DNA of 64,000 bases from Octopus sinensis (lineage: Eukaryota): assembly GCF_006345805.1 (NCBI RefSeq), contig NC_043025.1:2728001-2792000 (forward strand). The letters run 5' to 3'. Every line of letters starts with the position of its first letter. Within the stretch, counting starts at the first letter, position 1. A program made the translations under genes and the position numbers. Under the pieces are notes generated by a model. The model was not told the origin of the DNA. It saw only the letters and a program-made list of their open reading frames with translations, and did no database searches. Positions 39,470 to 52,518 of this stretch are shown here, one piece after another.

Positions 39470-40099
39470 GGTGCATCAACATCAGCGATAGATATCCTCG
39501 GCAAAATTCTATGTGTGTATGCGCATATGTGTGACTGTACTATTTATATTCATATTTATTTTCTTCTCCCCTATTCTGATTTTCCTTGTCATTCTCCTCA
39601 TCCTCCTTCTATTATGTCTTTCCTTCCTGCATCTTTCGTGTTCCTCACAATTTCCCTCTACATCCTTCATCTTCACCATCTTGTGTTGCTTCTCCGTTTT
39701 TAAAGATTTTCAGCTGATTTTCCATTTCTAATTCGTAGTTTTCGCTTCATCGTATTTTACTCGCACTTTTATAAATCCATACATTCCACCACTTATTTCC
39801 CTTCACCATCCTCAGTAATTCCGCTCAATTACTCATTGTGCATCGCCTCTCTGTTCCACCTTCTGCTCCCGCTTCCTGTACTACCCACCTCTTCTCCCTT
39901 TCTCCTCTTCATACTTTCACTCTTCCTCTCCTTCCACCTCATAATCCCTTCCTCCTCTATCTCCTACTCTAAATCGTCCTTTTCATTAACTTTTACCTTT
40001 CATAGCCCTCTTTTTTCTTTCATTTTAAAACTCCAAATTTAATGTTTTATCCGACAACGTTTCTGTATTATTTCCTTTATAATCTGTTTCACGTTACAG

Positions 40100-40171
40100 A
40101 ACATTGGTGCATAATAAGATCGAGAAAGTCGAACGTGGAATCTTCCAAGGCCTTAACAATTTACAGCAATT
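40100..40171 (+). CDS. Host gene exon B: LRR repeat (L)TLVHNKIEKVERGIFQGLNNLQQ(L)
   Basis: 72 nt, phase 2-2. Acceptor TTACAG, donor GTAAGT. Confidence 0.9.
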
Positions 40172-41054
40172 GTAAGTTCAGTTTCCGTTCATATTTTATT
40201 AACGTAATATCAGCAGAAATTTCATGTCTTTTCTATCTTACTCTCTTTCTCTTTCTGCATTTCTAATTCATATTCTATCATTTGATTTCTCTCTGTGTAG
40301 GTATGAAGACATGCACGAGTTGATATGTGTGAGGGAATAAATGTGTTGTGCATTGGCATACGATTTTATGTGAACATGTATGTTTTTATCTGTATATGGG
40401 GGTGGCTTAAATTCATATCTCTGCTAGTGTCTCTTGTTCTTGTTCTTCTTCTTCTTCTTCTTCTTCTTCTTCTTCTCTTCTTCTTCTTCTTCTACTTATC
40501 CTTCTTCTATTTCTCCTTCTTCTACTTCTCCTTCTTCTTCTCCTCTTCTTCTTCTTCTTCTTCTCCATCTTCTTCTACTTCTCCTTCCTCCTCTTCTTCT
40601 TCTTCTACTTCTCCTTCTTCTTCTTCTTCTTCTTCTCCTTCTTCTTCTACTTCTCCTCCTCCTCCTTCTTCTTCTTCTTCTTCTTCTCCATCTTCTTCTA
40701 CTTCTCCTCCTCCTTCTTCTTCTTCTTCTTCTTCTTCTTCTTCTACTTCTCCTTCTTCTTCTTCTCCTCCTCCTCCTTCTACTACTACTACTACTACTAC
40801 TACTACCTCTGCTTTCTTCCTCCTTCATATATTTACTCTTTCTTATTCTTGTCCTTTACTTCTACTTGTCCCTAAACTCATTACCTTCTCGTTTTTCTCT
40901 TTCGATAGCTTCCTCCGGTTATTTTTCCTGTTGCTCCTATTACATCTTCTCTTTTACCCTCGTCTTCTTCTTCTCCTTCTTTTTTTCCTTTTTATTCTTG
41001 TTTGTCTTAAGCTGTCTTGTCATCGTTTGTCATCCTGTTTATTTATTGCTGCAG

Positions 41055-41126
41055 GTATCTAAATGGAAATAATATTTCGAGTATTGAACAAGGAAGCTTC
41101 CAAGGTCTTCCTCGATTACAGCAGCT
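41055..41126 (+). CDS. Host gene exon C: LRR repeat (L)YLNGNNISSIEQGSFQGLPRLQQ(L)
   Basis: 72 nt, phase 2-2. Acceptor TGCAG, donor GTAAGT. Clear paralog of exon A. Confidence 0.92.
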
Positions 41127-41163
41127 GTAAGTTCGTTCACTTTTGTTAAGACTATATTATGAA

Positions 41164-41725
41164 TAACAGAAATATTAAAATTACTAAGTCTCTCTAAAGG
41201 AGATTACAGCAGCGTTACTGGATATTAACAGTTATCGCCATACTAATATGGTAGTCTATAAATATAAGACTAAAGCTGCCGCTGATTAGCTCCGAGAGGC
41301 TATCGCCTCCAGCTAGCTATTTGACACACGAACCTGCGTCCATTACAAACCTTCGAACAGGGGAGGTCAGCCGCTTCACCCTGCTAGTCAGACATCTGCA
41401 GACATGTTTCAGGCTTGTTGCCCTTTATCAATGCAGCGTAGTCAGACCCGCAGCTGTCGCTACTGACCGTCTGTTCGAAGATTTTATTTACCTAGTTACA
41501 GTGGAATACATCCACTTGTTTTCAATAATAGAAATATTAATATTACTAAGTCTCTCTAAAGGAGATTACGGCAGCGTTACTGGATATTAATATTCGAAGG
41601 TTTGTAATGAACGCAGGTTCGTGTGTCAAATAGCTAGCTAGAGGCGATGGCCTCTTGGAGCTAATCAGCGACAGCTTTAGTCTTATATTTATAGACTACC
41701 ATATTAGTATGGCGATAACTATTAA
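41164..41725. mobile_element. Insertion with ~65-bp direct repeats, ~130-bp inverted repeats and a central hammerhead motif (Penelope-like terminal structure, tentative)
   Basis: Direct repeat AGAAATATTAA.ATTACTAAGTCTCTCTAAAGGAGATTAC near 41170 and 41530. Inverted arms at about 41226-41357 and 41594-41724. Confidence 0.6.
41396..41436 (-). ncRNA. Minimal type I hammerhead ribozyme motif with U3-A8 core variant
   Basis: Minus strand reads CUGCA-UUGAUAA-AGGGC-AACAA-GCCU-GAAAC-AU-GUC-UGCAG. Stem I is 5 bp, stem II 4 bp, and stem III is the palindrome ACAUGU. Confidence 0.6.
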
Positions 41726-42748
41726 TATATTATGAATGTTTACATAACTTTACTGATGCCACGTTTCTCTTTCCCTCTCTCTTTTTATTACTCTAACTCA
41801 TACTATGTCCTCATATTCGCCCAATATCTTTTTGATTTTATCTGAAGACGCGTACGACACGGATGTTATATATGTCTGCATCAAAACTTATTAACGGACA
41901 TGTATACGTGTATGTTCGTGTATATGTTAATGTCTGCATGTATAATGTGACTATGTGATTTGTATTAATATGCTTCATTTTCTCTTTCTTTTCTACCAGC
42001 TGTACTTTTTCCTCTTCTTTCGAAATTCTTCTATTCATCTCCGATCTCTTCATTCACTTTAGATGTCATATCTAATAAAGCAATCTGTAGATGGAGAAGT
42101 ATCAAATACAATATATTCATATATTACGTTCTCGTTGTAAAAAGTACCAGCTTCCAGCACGTGATTTGCATCAATTTCCCAGACACTCATTCACTGATGA
42201 TATATTTATAAATATTTGATGTGCTCTCCTGTCCTTCTTTTCTCGTCTTCTCCCATTTAAACTAATATTATAAACATTATATTTGCATGTGTGTTTGAAT
42301 GTGTGAATGTGACTTTAAATGTATTATACAGTATATTCTTCTTCTTCTTCTTCTTCTTCTCTTCTTCTTCTTCTTTTCTTCTTCTTCTTCTCCTCCTTCT
42401 CCTTCTCCTTCTTCTTCTTCTTCTACTTCCGCTTCTCCTTCTTCTTCCTCTTCTTCTCCTCTTCTTCTTCTCTTCTTCTTCTTCTTCTTCTTCTTCTTCT
42501 TCTTCGGGTGGTTTTAAGCTTTAAAAAATTGGTGACAATTGAGTGCAACTCGTTCGATAAGTTATCCCTATTTTTCATTTTCTTCTGAACTTTTAAAATT
42601 CTATAGTTAATTTATAGGTACCCAGTATGTACTTTATACTAAAAGTTAAAGGTGAACATTAATTCTTTTAGGTACTTCGAATTTGATTCTTCAAGTTGTG
42701 AACTACTCTGAAGATAGTCAATATTCTTGTAATAATATCTTTTTGAAG

Positions 42749-42828
<80 letters not shown>

Positions 42829-43426
42829 CAGGATTCCACGCAGTTTCCAGTAGGAACTTCACTCCAGTAGAAAATTTACTAGGTTCACTGAAAAAGGTGT
42901 TCGTTGCGTAGCAAGCTGGCTAGTTGGAAATCTGCCTAACTGGCTGGTAACTACAATAGAAGACCCAAGTCGACCCAAGGCTATCGTAGACGTTACATGT
43001 CCAAGGTGCCACGCAATGGGACTAAAAAAATCCCATGTATGTGAGAAGTAATCTTCTTGACACAGAACCATGCCTATATTGAAAATGATATCTCTGTATT
43101 AAATGAGAATGTTATGTAATATCCATATCGTGCACTGAAAGTCTCGTTGATATTTTGTCCTTTATTATATTTCATCATCTTCCATTCTGTTATTCCATTA
43201 ACACCAGATTTTCTCTTAGAATAACTAAATTGAATAGAAGGAACTTATTCCTGTCAAAGCAACACTTCCATGAGAACTATTAAGAGAAATAAGTGTTTTG
43301 TAAGCATCAGCATTTATTCTGTTAGCGTTCGAATAAAGAACAATTGAAACAGGATTGAACAGTAGAAAACTGATTTATTGAAAATTTTACTTATTATAAC
43401 TTATGTAATATTTGTCTCTTTTTCAG

Positions 43427-43498
43427 ATATTTGAACAACAACTCAATACAAAAATATGAAGATGGCGCTTTCTTTTTCCTCCCCAGCATAGCTGGCAT
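43427..43498 (+). CDS. Host gene exon D: LRR repeat (L)YLNNNSIQKYEDGAFFFLPSIAG(I)
   Basis: 72 nt, phase 2-2. Acceptor TTTTCAG, donor GTAAGT. Confidence 0.9.
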
Positions 43499-44719
43499 GT
43501 AAGTATAGCAAGTTTCTTTGTTTGTAGGAAAATGAAAATAATAAAATGAGGTCATCAAATTCTCAGTTCCTCGTTAAATGTTGTTGGTAATAAACAACAA
43601 TGAATTGATTTAAATTTCATGATTTCCGAGCATTGTGTTTTATAATCGAAAAGTTTATGTTCAAATATCAGAGGGTTGGTTTGATCTGGTTTACCCCATG
43701 TTTATAAATACACATAATTAACTGGAGTTGAGAAAGTGGCCTATATACCAACCTACACACATATATGTACACTTGAGTGTGTATGTGTATGTATATACAT
43801 GCTTAAACAAGCACACACTTATATACTACTGTTACTTATATATTATAGCCTTATGACACCAAAGTTATCAAAAGGAATAATATTAACAATTCCATTCAGA
43901 TATTTCTGATGACTGCTGCGATTACCTCTCTCATTCTGCCATGGAACCATTTAGTAATTCAGTTATTTCGGGACTATTGCAGTTTTTCTACTTTGAGCAC
44001 AAGGCCTGCAAATTTGTTGCTAGGCGTTTGTCGATTACATCATCCCTAGTGTTCGACTGATACTTAATTTATCGAACCTAAAATGATGAAAAGCAAAGCC
44101 GACCGCGGAATTTGAACTCAGAACGTGAAATAGAAAGAAATGCCGCCAGACGTTTTCCTAACATACTAACGGTTCTGCACGTTCGTCACATTTACGTATC
44201 TATAATATAATATTGATTTCAAATTTTGGCACAAGGCCAGACATTTCCGGGGTGAGATAAGTCGATTACATCGACCCCATTGTTCATCTGGTACTTATTC
44301 TATTGACCTCGAATGAATGAAAGGCAATGTCGACCCCAATAGAATTTGAACCCTTTCCTCCGTTCGCAAAAATACTGTATATATTGACATAATGCTAACA
44401 TTCGCCGAAACCCATTGTAGTATTTAGATATCAACATACGTTTTAGCATGATATAACAATATGCAAACATATCTAAGCAACGGACTTTCGTTGAGCTTCC
44501 GTTTACGAGGTTCACTGAAAAAGGTGTTCGTTGCCTGGCAAGCTGGCTAGTTGGACATCTGGACATCTGGACATCTGGACGTCTAACTGGTTGGTAACTA
44601 CAGTTTCTGAACAGTACGCGCATTGGCAACAAAATAAAAATATATTTCTTACTCAGTCAGCTTTACTCTTGCCGATACACACAAAAACACATACACACTC
44701 ACACACACATACATATTTA

Positions 44720-44952
44720 CAGGGTAGGGCAAAAGTCACCCGACAGTAATTCGAAATTCCATAAATACTATCAATAATTCTGTATTGACTCAAATGGAAA
44801 AAAATGTGTCGCTCAAGAAGGACTTCAGTTTGAACAATTTCCATGTTTCATATTTATATGCTTGTATTTAAATTCATTCAGTTGTTAACCATAAATGAAT
44901 CTTGGAATTAAATAGTTTTGATTTACTGTTAGGTGACTTTTGACCAACCTTG
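44720..44952. mobile_element. Tc1/mariner-type MITE
   Basis: TA-CAGGGTAGGGCAAAAGTCACCCGACAGTAA at the left and TTACTGTTAGGTGACTTTTTGACCAACCTTG at the right form imperfect ~30-bp TIRs. Confidence 0.65.
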
Positions 44953-44975
44953 AATATATATATATATACATATAA

Positions 44976-45564
44976 ATAGCAGCAGCTAAGCCCGGTTTCA
45001 CCCGGTCTGTTTGGATGGCGTGGATGTGATCGTTTTCGGTTAGACATAATCTATATAACAGCGTTTCTCAACCTTATTATTTCGGGTCCAGCTGTATGAA
45101 CATTTTCTGACCCCACCCCGTCAGAAAACAACTGGTTGTTTTAATGGCGGAAGAAAGTGGGGAATTCCATTAGAAAAGTTTTAATCAATTTTCTCGGTAA
45201 GTATGGGGGCTAGGAAAAAAATACAAACTGCATTCCAATCTATGTACCCGTCTCCATATATGTGCCATTTTCTACGCGAATCCTACCAGCCGTTTGGCTG
45301 TGAACCTCAAGACAAAAAAGAATACAACGATCGCCCATGTCCAATTTATGTGATAGATTACCTTTATGTGTATTTGTGTAGAGATGAGATTGCATATACG
45401 ATTATTATTCGTATTCGTAGCGATTTTCTGTAGCAACATGGCATTCGTGCGGGTTACTTCAAGTCATGTATAGGCAAGTCGCATCACCGCGTCTTGTTCA
45501 TATTATCACACCCCAGTTTTTCTACGACAACGTGCCTGACAGCAACTATATTTCATATATGAGA
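44976..45564 (-). mobile_element. Second Helitron-like non-autonomous element (tentative)
   Basis: On the minus strand the 3' hairpin CCGGGTGAAACCGGG is followed by CTAT (CTAG variant). A possible 5' TCTCATATATGAAAT lies at 45564. Confidence 0.45.
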
Positions 45565-45717
45565 AAAATATTTCAGTAACCTGATCTGATTTACAGTAGG
45601 GACCAATTTTCTTTCATATCTTTGCTGCTTCTTAAATTCCCTTTGCCGATGATCACAGATTTAATCCTTCTGCGCAAGGAGCTAGCTCGTACACGTCCGC
45701 CATGTCTGTTATTCGCC

Positions 45718-45777
<60 letters not shown>

Positions 45778-45809
45778 CATTATTATTATTATTATTATTA
45801 TTTATTATT

Positions 45810-46125
45810 CTATATTTGACTTTTGCTTTATGTCTGTACAAGTTGGCTCCAAGTCTCACCCAGAGACCTCAAGAGACAACAGTTTGGAAGTTCACGTTGT
45901 TGTTGTGCCTAGTGTGTATATATTTGGGGGGGGGTTGGTGTTGTACTAGTGAATGTCTAATACATTAAAAAAAGTTTGTTTTAAACCTTGGGATACAATA
46001 GAGAGTATTTTGCGTAGGATATGAGCAGTTCCCACGAGCACTATCTTTTGAATTTCGCCATTTTGGGTTTCCTGGTATTGAGTTAAGGTAGCAATCAGTC
46101 CTTTCGCTATCATTCCAATAATATT
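45810..46125 (-). mobile_element. 3' end of an R4/Dong-like LINE between (ATT)n tracts
   Basis: Minus strand gives GMIAKGLI...EIQKIVLVGTAHILRKILS. A near-identical block lies at 51053-51340. Confidence 0.65.
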
Positions 46126-46129
46126 ATAC

Positions 46130-46256
<127 letters not shown>

Positions 46257-46257
46257 T

Positions 46258-48718
46258 ATTCAGTAGTTTTATTTATAGAGTGCTTTCATCTACCGAGCGC
46301 AGCTCTGTGTGCCTTGGGTATGTGCTGTGATTTTTTGTGATGCTCTGATGGTTATGTATGGAAAGTTCTGCGTAGTATGTGTGCAGTGCCTAGTAGTGCA
46401 ATTTTCTGTATGTTATAGTGTTTGTAAGTCCTGGTGTTTTGTTATGTATTTGTCTGAATATTTTTTATCATGCCTAATGCACCTACTATGATAGAATTGT
46501 TTCTGTTTTTCAGATTCCACATTCTAGTTACCTCTATTTCCAGGTTTTGTATTTTGAGCTTTCTCCATTTCTTTTAGAGACACGTTGTCATCTGCCGGTA
46601 TTGATACATCAATTAGAAAGCATTTTTTCTTCTTCATGATCTCTGACAACTATATCTGTCTGTTGGCCTTAATTTCTTTATCTGGGTGTATCGGCATATC
46701 CCAGAGTATGGTTGCTTCTCGTTTTTCTGTGACCTTTTCGGTGTGTGCCTATACCATCTTTTTTCTTGTTGTTATTCCATAATGTTGGCATAACTTCCAA
46801 TGTATATAGGTTCCAACTCTGTTATGTCTGTGAATATATTCTTTCTTAGCCAGGACTGGGCAGCTAGAGATAATATGATTTATTGTTTCTTGTCCATCTC
46901 CACATATTCTGCAGTTACTTGTAATGTTTCTTTTCATTACATGTTTTGGTAATTTCTGGTGGGGAGGCTTTGGTCTTGTGCTTGCCATAATTAAAAAATC
47001 CTCTGTTTCTGCTTTGAGTCCTGAGCTTCTCAACCATTGCTGGGATTTTCTTTGTCTATTGTTTTGCGTTTAGTTTAGTCCAGTATTTACCATGAAGGGG
47101 CTTTTCTTGCCATCGTTTTATCATGGTTCGTTGCTGTTCTATTTTTAGTTTGGATTTTCATTTGTTTTATAGCTTTTGTTTGTTTCTTCATCTTCTTCTT
47201 CTTTTTCATTGTTATTAGGGGTATGATTTCTTGTTTGTATTGTCAGCTTCCTTAAATACTGAGTACAGTTTTTTGTTTTGCGTCGTGTTTTTGCTGCTAT
47301 CTGGATCAGTTTCCTTCCTTCTGAAGTAGATTAGATTTTTGCAGTCCTATGGTGGTTATTTTATAGTAGTTTCCAGCGTGTATAAGGCCTCTACCACCTT
47401 CTATACCTTGTATATATAGTCTTTCTATGTCGATTTTGGGTGATGCATCCTAGATCCTGTCATTATTTTTCTTGTTTTCCTATCTATTTTGGTCAGTTCA
47501 TTTCGTGTCCAGTTAAGGATATTGTAGCTGTAACTTATAACTGGGACAGCAGCTAAAGTGTTGATACCTATTATCTTGTTTTAGCATTGAGCTCTGTTTT
47601 TAGTATTGATCTAACTCGTCTATATATTCTTTTTTTATTTTCTCTTTCATTTGTGTGTGTTGTGTCTTATCCAGTTCATGGATTCCTAAGTATTTGTAAG
47701 TTTGGCTTTGGTCTAATTCTTTTATTTCATTGGTTTTATCTAGTGTGATGTTGTTACTCTTAACTAGTTTTCCTCTTTCATGGTTACTTTGGCGCATTTT
47801 TCTAATCCAAATTTCATATCTATTTCTTTGGTAAATCCATGAACTGTCTTTAATAGTGTTTCCAGCTGTGTTTCATTTGCAGCGTATAGTTTTAGGTCGT
47901 CCATATATAAAAGGTGGCTGATCATTTTGCCGTAACATATATATCCGCATCCAGTTCTATTTAGTATATCAGATAGAGGTGACAGTGCCAAGCAGAAGAG
48001 GAGTGGAGAGAGCGTGTCTCCCTGGAATATTCCTCTTCTAATGGGGATGTCTTTGGTTTTCATGAGTCCCTCTTTTGTTTTGGAGGTGTAGGACTGTTTG
48101 CCATTTATTCATAGAGTGCTCTATGAATTTTATGATTGTTGGTGCTACTTTGTTAATGGCTAGTGTTTCGAGGATCCATGTGTGAGGGATGCTATCAAAC
48201 GCCTTTTTGTAGTCAATCCAGGCCATACTGCGGCCTTTCTTCTTTCTGTGGCTGTCTTCAGTTACGGCTTATTAATCATTAGTTGATCTTTACAGCCATA
48301 TGAGCCTTTGCGGCATCCCTTCTGCTCTTCTGGGAACAGTTGTTTTCGTCCAGGTGCTTGTTCAGATTTTGCGATATCACTGCAGTAAATGCTTGAACAT
48401 AGTAGGGAGGCAGGTTATTGGTCTGTAGTTTTCTGGTTTTGCTGTTTCATTTGATTTGGGAATTAAGATGGTTTTCCCCTTCGTAAGCCATTCAGGCATT
48501 GTCTCTGGCTCTGCTAGTATGTTGTTAAAGTCTTCAGCCAGCTTTTTGTGCATTCCTGTTAGATATTTCAACCAGAGGTTGGGGATCTTGTCATGCGCAG
48601 GTGCCTTCCAGTTGCTTAGTTTTTGCAGTGCCTGGGTGACCTCTTCAGTTGTTATGGGGGTCCAAAGTTGTTCAGATGCCGAGTTTGTTATTTTGATACT
48701 CCTTTTTTTGGGTTGTTC

Positions 48719-48720
<2 letters not shown>
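46258..48720 (-). mobile_element. R4/Dong-like non-LTR retrotransposon (RT, CCHC knuckle, restriction-like endonuclease), frameshifted
   Basis: NWKAP..DKIPN.WLK, ENYRPITCLPT, WIDYKKAFDSIPH, RGIFQGDTLSPLLF, LLYMDDLKLYA, CRICGDGQETINHIISSC, and a degraded DIVVRD..LIDVSIP. Flanked on both sides by (ATT)n. Confidence 0.85.
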
Positions 48721-48772
<52 letters not shown>

Positions 48773-49418
48773 TCTTTTTATCACAGGTTTTCTTGGAACC
48801 CCTAGACTCGTGCATGCATAGCGGGCTCACAACCTGCAGCCTACCGTACCATGCTATCCGTCCCTTTTACCTATCTAGCACTTTCCCACTTATCCTGGAT
48901 GCAAACATTTTGCAACTATTCCTGGCATTCTATTCCAATTTCTTTTATATTCCTCTCAACGACCCAACAATCATTGCCACTCTCTTCATCTTCAACATTT
49001 CCCAAAGCCGGCATATTTTGTGCTTAAGAGTGTTGTATTTATCTATTTCCTCGCCTTCTTTCTTGACTATTCAGCGCTCAAAGGCCCATGCAACATTAAC
49101 TATATAGCACATGTGGTGCATCTGTCGACCACTACCAGGTCCAATCTGTTATGCCGTTGCACCTAATCGGTTTGGATTGTGAAATGCCAGGCGATTTGGC
49201 AAGTTTCCGACTCCACCACCCTCTGTACATTGTGCTCACACCACGTCTCTCTTCTCAATGACTTTTCGCACAGTTTCTATCATAGGACATCTGCTATTTG
49301 ATCGTGTCGCCACATCTTGTAGTGGCTTTGGGTAAGTCTAGGGCATTCGTTCGTAATATGGGCGATGGTTTCATCTACTATATTACAGATGCAGAAGGGC
49401 GCAGGCATATTGTTATTA

Positions 49419-49466
<48 letters not shown>

Positions 49467-49481
49467 TATTATTATTATTAC

Positions 49482-49586
<105 letters not shown>

Positions 49587-49592
49587 TACTAC

Positions 49593-49640
<48 letters not shown>

Positions 49641-49705
49641 TATTATTATTATTATTATTATTATCATTATATTTATTATATTATTATTATTATTATTATT
49701 ATTAT

Positions 49706-50260
49706 TGAGTGAGAGAGCAGTTCATGCCATCAAAGTGACATTGGGGTAAAATATACGAAGCCCAATATACCATCATGACTACCCGTCTGATAAAGGTACA
49801 CCAGGCACATGCATCACAACCATATGTGCGCGACATGGTGATCTCATATCAAGATAAACAGCACATGACCTTGCAGGTGGGGCCCAGTTAGAATTTTCTT
49901 CAGGTTGAGTAGCCCATCCCGCTCAAACGGTCCCTGAATAAGGGTTGTTTAAGGATGTTGAAAGAACCACCCATGTTTCCAGAGGTGAACTATTCAAACC
50001 CAAACAATCCCTCTCAACACATGGCTATGATGCTCCCCCACTACTTCTGCTCGTGATCAGAGATGCACATATCGTCAGCCACTAAGGGACATGCTCAACT
50101 GGTTAAGGTCAAACAACTGACAAGCAAATCTGTGGTATTGAGCAGAATATTTGCTGTAGCCCATCTTTTATACCAAGACAAAACAATGTACATGATAACA
50201 CTTCCAATCAGTTAAGATCAGAAGCCATGAGAGCCACTGCCTGGTACTGCATCAGGGCAT

Positions 50261-50262
<2 letters not shown>
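49706..50262. mobile_element. Unclassified ~550-bp dispersed repeat inserted in (ATT)n
   Basis: GAGAGAGCAGT...GAGCCACTGCCTGGTACTGCATCAGGGCATT, with a shorter second copy at 61090-61552, also in (ATT)n. Confidence 0.7.
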
Positions 50263-50303
<41 letters not shown>

Positions 50304-50320
50304 TATTATTATTATTATTA

Positions 50321-50413
<93 letters not shown>

Positions 50414-50436
50414 TATTATTATTATTATTATTATTA

Positions 50437-50473
<37 letters not shown>

Positions 50474-50522
50474 TATTATTATTATATTATTATTATTATT
50501 ATTATTATTATCATTATTATTA

Positions 50523-50570
<48 letters not shown>

Positions 50571-50642
50571 TTATTACTATTATTATTATTATTATTATTA
50601 CTATTATTATTATTATTATTATTATTATTATCATTATTATTA

Positions 50643-50733
<91 letters not shown>

Positions 50734-50796
50734 TATTATTATTATTATTATTATTATTATCATTATTATTATATTATATTATTATTATTATTATTA

Positions 50797-50863
<67 letters not shown>

Positions 50864-50881
50864 TTATTATCATTATTATTA

Positions 50882-50923
<42 letters not shown>

Positions 50924-50977
50924 TTATTACTATTATTATTATTATTATTATTATTACTATTATTATTATTATTATTA

Positions 50978-51014
<37 letters not shown>

Positions 51015-51016
51015 TA

Positions 51017-51052
<36 letters not shown>
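50263..51052. repeat. (ATT)n microsatellite (others at 45720-45808, 46128-46257, 48721-48770, 49410-49705 and 51340-51520)
   Basis: Read directly from the sequence. Confidence 0.95.
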
Positions 51053-51436
<384 letters not shown>

Positions 51437-51439
51437 CAT

Positions 51440-51501
<62 letters not shown>

Positions 51502-52091
51502 TCATTACTATTATTATTACTATTGTTGTTGGTTGTGAAAACTGAAAATATTCCATTTGATATTTCGAAAACTACATTTGAATTTTTCTTATTCTAATTA
51601 GGAGCATAACTATACATGGCCATTCCGTCGAAACTAAAAGAAAAGTGCAAGACTGTAATCTTTCACTACCTGCGGTGGTACGTCTCTAACTGTAAAAGCA
51701 GTTGCGAGATGGAATAAGCACAACCTTCTTAGCGCCAAAACCCCCAATCTAAATGAGTTTTCTCAGATACAGCGACACAAGGTCCCTATCACTAAATTCC
51801 CGACACTAAAACGTCCCTAAAGCGCAATATAATAATCGTTTCAAGTGGCTAGCAATCTTCTTACTTAAAGGTGCTTTATTATTCAATATCTAAGCTAAAA
51901 GAGAATAGAACCTTGATAGGTTTCTACTGGACACCATTTCACATTATTGATGTTATTAACGACTCTTGGAAAAAAAAACAATGAATATCATAATTTTTAT
52001 ATACCTGATCCAATTGTATAATCTTTGCTTCTTGTCAAATCTTTGTTGATGTGACGAGCTTTCAGTTAGAGTTCTCTTTATACAATTACAG

Positions 52092-52249
52092 TAACCTCGA
52101 AAACAATGACCGTATGGTGTGTGGATGTCACCTGCCAGCCTTCGTACGACATATTAAAAAAGTCTATAGCAGAACTGTGGACGTCAATGGCACATGTGAG
52201 GAGGCTCCAGGCAAACTAATACCTATACTGAAGTATTCGCAATGTCAAA
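52092..52249 (+). CDS. Host gene exon E: final LRR and LRR C-terminal cap (I)NLENNDRMVCGCHLPAFVRHIKKVYSRTVDVNGTCEEAPGKLIPILKYSQCQ
   Basis: 158 nt, phase 2-1. Acceptor TTACAG, donor GTTAGT. CxC...C...C pattern of LRRCT; in frame with exon D. Confidence 0.85.
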
Positions 52250-52474
52250 GTTAGTAAAATTCTTATTTCTTCTTTTCTTTATTATCAACACTAAGAAGAG
52301 TCCGGGTTATTCTCTGCAGCGCACAATCGAATGTCTTGTGAAACGGAAACTATAGATAAAAGACATAAAGGAAGAGACGTTTTACCATCCACACGCTTTA
52401 CATTCACATCTTCTCTCTAATGAACATATAGATACAACTGTATCACACAAGCTGTCATCAGCATTCTCCCTCAT

Positions 52475-52518
<44 letters not shown>

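Noticed and set aside
40325-41072. Ser/Leu/Arg-rich ORFs, and similar poly-I/L/Y/N ORFs at 23-25 kb and 45-51 kb
   Set aside because: These are translations of (CTT)n and (ATT)n microsatellites.
42063-42136. Possible extra 72-nt LRR exon
   Set aside because: There is an in-frame stop after the AG, acceptor-donor spacing is not 72 nt, and the LRR consensus is absent.
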